DNA of 34,889 nucleotides, from contig NW_021829927.1 in NCBI RefSeq assembly GCF_006345805.1, positions 1 through 34,889 of the forward strand. Reading direction: 5' to 3'. Positions 33,874-34,889 of this stretch are shown piece after piece. Below the pieces are notes generated by a model. The model worked only from the letters and a program-made list of their open reading frames with translations. It searched no databases and was not told where the DNA came from. A program made the position numbers and the translations under genes. The stretch is from Octopus sinensis. Taxonomy: Eukaryota. Position 1 is the first letter of the stretch; every line of letters begins with the position of its first letter.

Positions 33874-34464
33874 ATTTCTTCTCTTTGTGTTTGTGTCATT
33901 GGCGATAGAAATGACATGAGTTCTGAGACTGCTGCTTACGTATGAAAAGAAGAGTATCTCACTGTATAAAACCTCTTCTCTAACACGGACCTTACCCATT
34001 TGTCTACAGCCGAAACCACATAATATGGCCCACCACCCTCATCGGTTTCCTGATCATGCCGACTAACCATACACAGCACAAACTTCATCGATCATATATC
34101 TTTAAAAATGTCCGCAATGGTTGTGGGCACTAATAATTTTTGTGTGTCTAGCTGGAAAATAAACATACCATCAATATACACGATGCCTTCAAATATATTC
34201 ATGATTAATATCGACTCTTCATTTCATGAACGATAAAATAGCAATAACCTACTGAGCGTCATTAAATATGTACTCTGTATATTTGGCTTTATGAATATAT
34301 GAGGAATCAATACATTTCTATTACGCATGTTTAAAATATTGCATATATAGTATAATATATTGTATGTGTGTATTTTTATGTATGTAATGCAATTAATGAG
34401 CGTTTGTATAGGTGTAAGTCACTTTTTCAGTGACATTCTCATACTCGCAGTCACTACAGACTCA

Positions 34465-34578
34465 CACAACACACACACACACACATACAGACAGACACAC
34501 ACACACACACACATACAGACAGACACACACACACACACACATACACACACACACACATACACACACACACACAAACAC
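34465..34578. repeat. (CA)n/(GACA)n
   Basis: Read directly. Confidence 0.96.
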
Positions 34579-34579
34579 A

Positions 34580-34817
34580 CTCGTGTAACATCGTCTGATT
34601 TTCCGTCCTTGTTTTCGTATAAATTCGATGCTCACTTCCAAGGAATCTAATGCTCTTAGCTTAGTTTTTCCCCGGGGCCGGCTACATTGGAACAATCTCA
34701 AGATTAACCAGCCGAAATTGCGAGGATGGTCCGGTTGTTCACTGAGGATAGGAAGCTTCGAATGACTCTTCCTTGTGTTTTTTGTCTTCTATCTGGATGT
34801 TTTGCGCTCTTGTCCCA

Positions 34818-34830
<13 letters not shown>
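34580..34830 (+). mobile_element. Interspersed repeat, probably Penelope-like ORF end plus pseudo-LTR
   Basis: Second copy in inverted orientation at 5775-5887. The frame ending [12 protein letters not shown] is loosely like a PLE ORF C-terminus; class is inference. Confidence 0.6.
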
Positions 34831-34859
<29 letters not shown>

Positions 34860-34889
34860 CGTATTTTTGCCATGTCAATATGGCTAACC

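Overview
Eukaryotic, very AT-rich, repeat-dense genomic DNA, most likely from an octopod cephalopod. The species guess rests on my recall of the SINE families and the (TA)n/(GATA)n/(TAA)n landscape, not on a database search. The window is mostly intronic or intergenic. It holds many microsatellites, about 20 copies or fragments of three to four tRNA-derived SINE families, two decayed CR1/L2-type LINE 3' fragments, a non-autonomous Helitron, a long-TIR MITE nested in a SINE, and several Penelope-like pseudo-LTR repeats. Nearly all ORFs in the supplied track are microsatellite or repeat artefacts. I recognise no protein-coding gene by homology; a few unique islands have good splice signals and are listed as low-confidence exons, with two competing models at 22.3-23.4 kb. 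There is no rRNA, true tRNA, CRISPR or prokaryotic feature. The most notable signal is a set of minimal type I hammerhead-ribozyme motifs in sequence-unrelated contexts (12011-12063, 33210-33244, 1528-1563, plus a core-deleted remnant at 6450-6486). I see no support for a wholly new multi-gene system.
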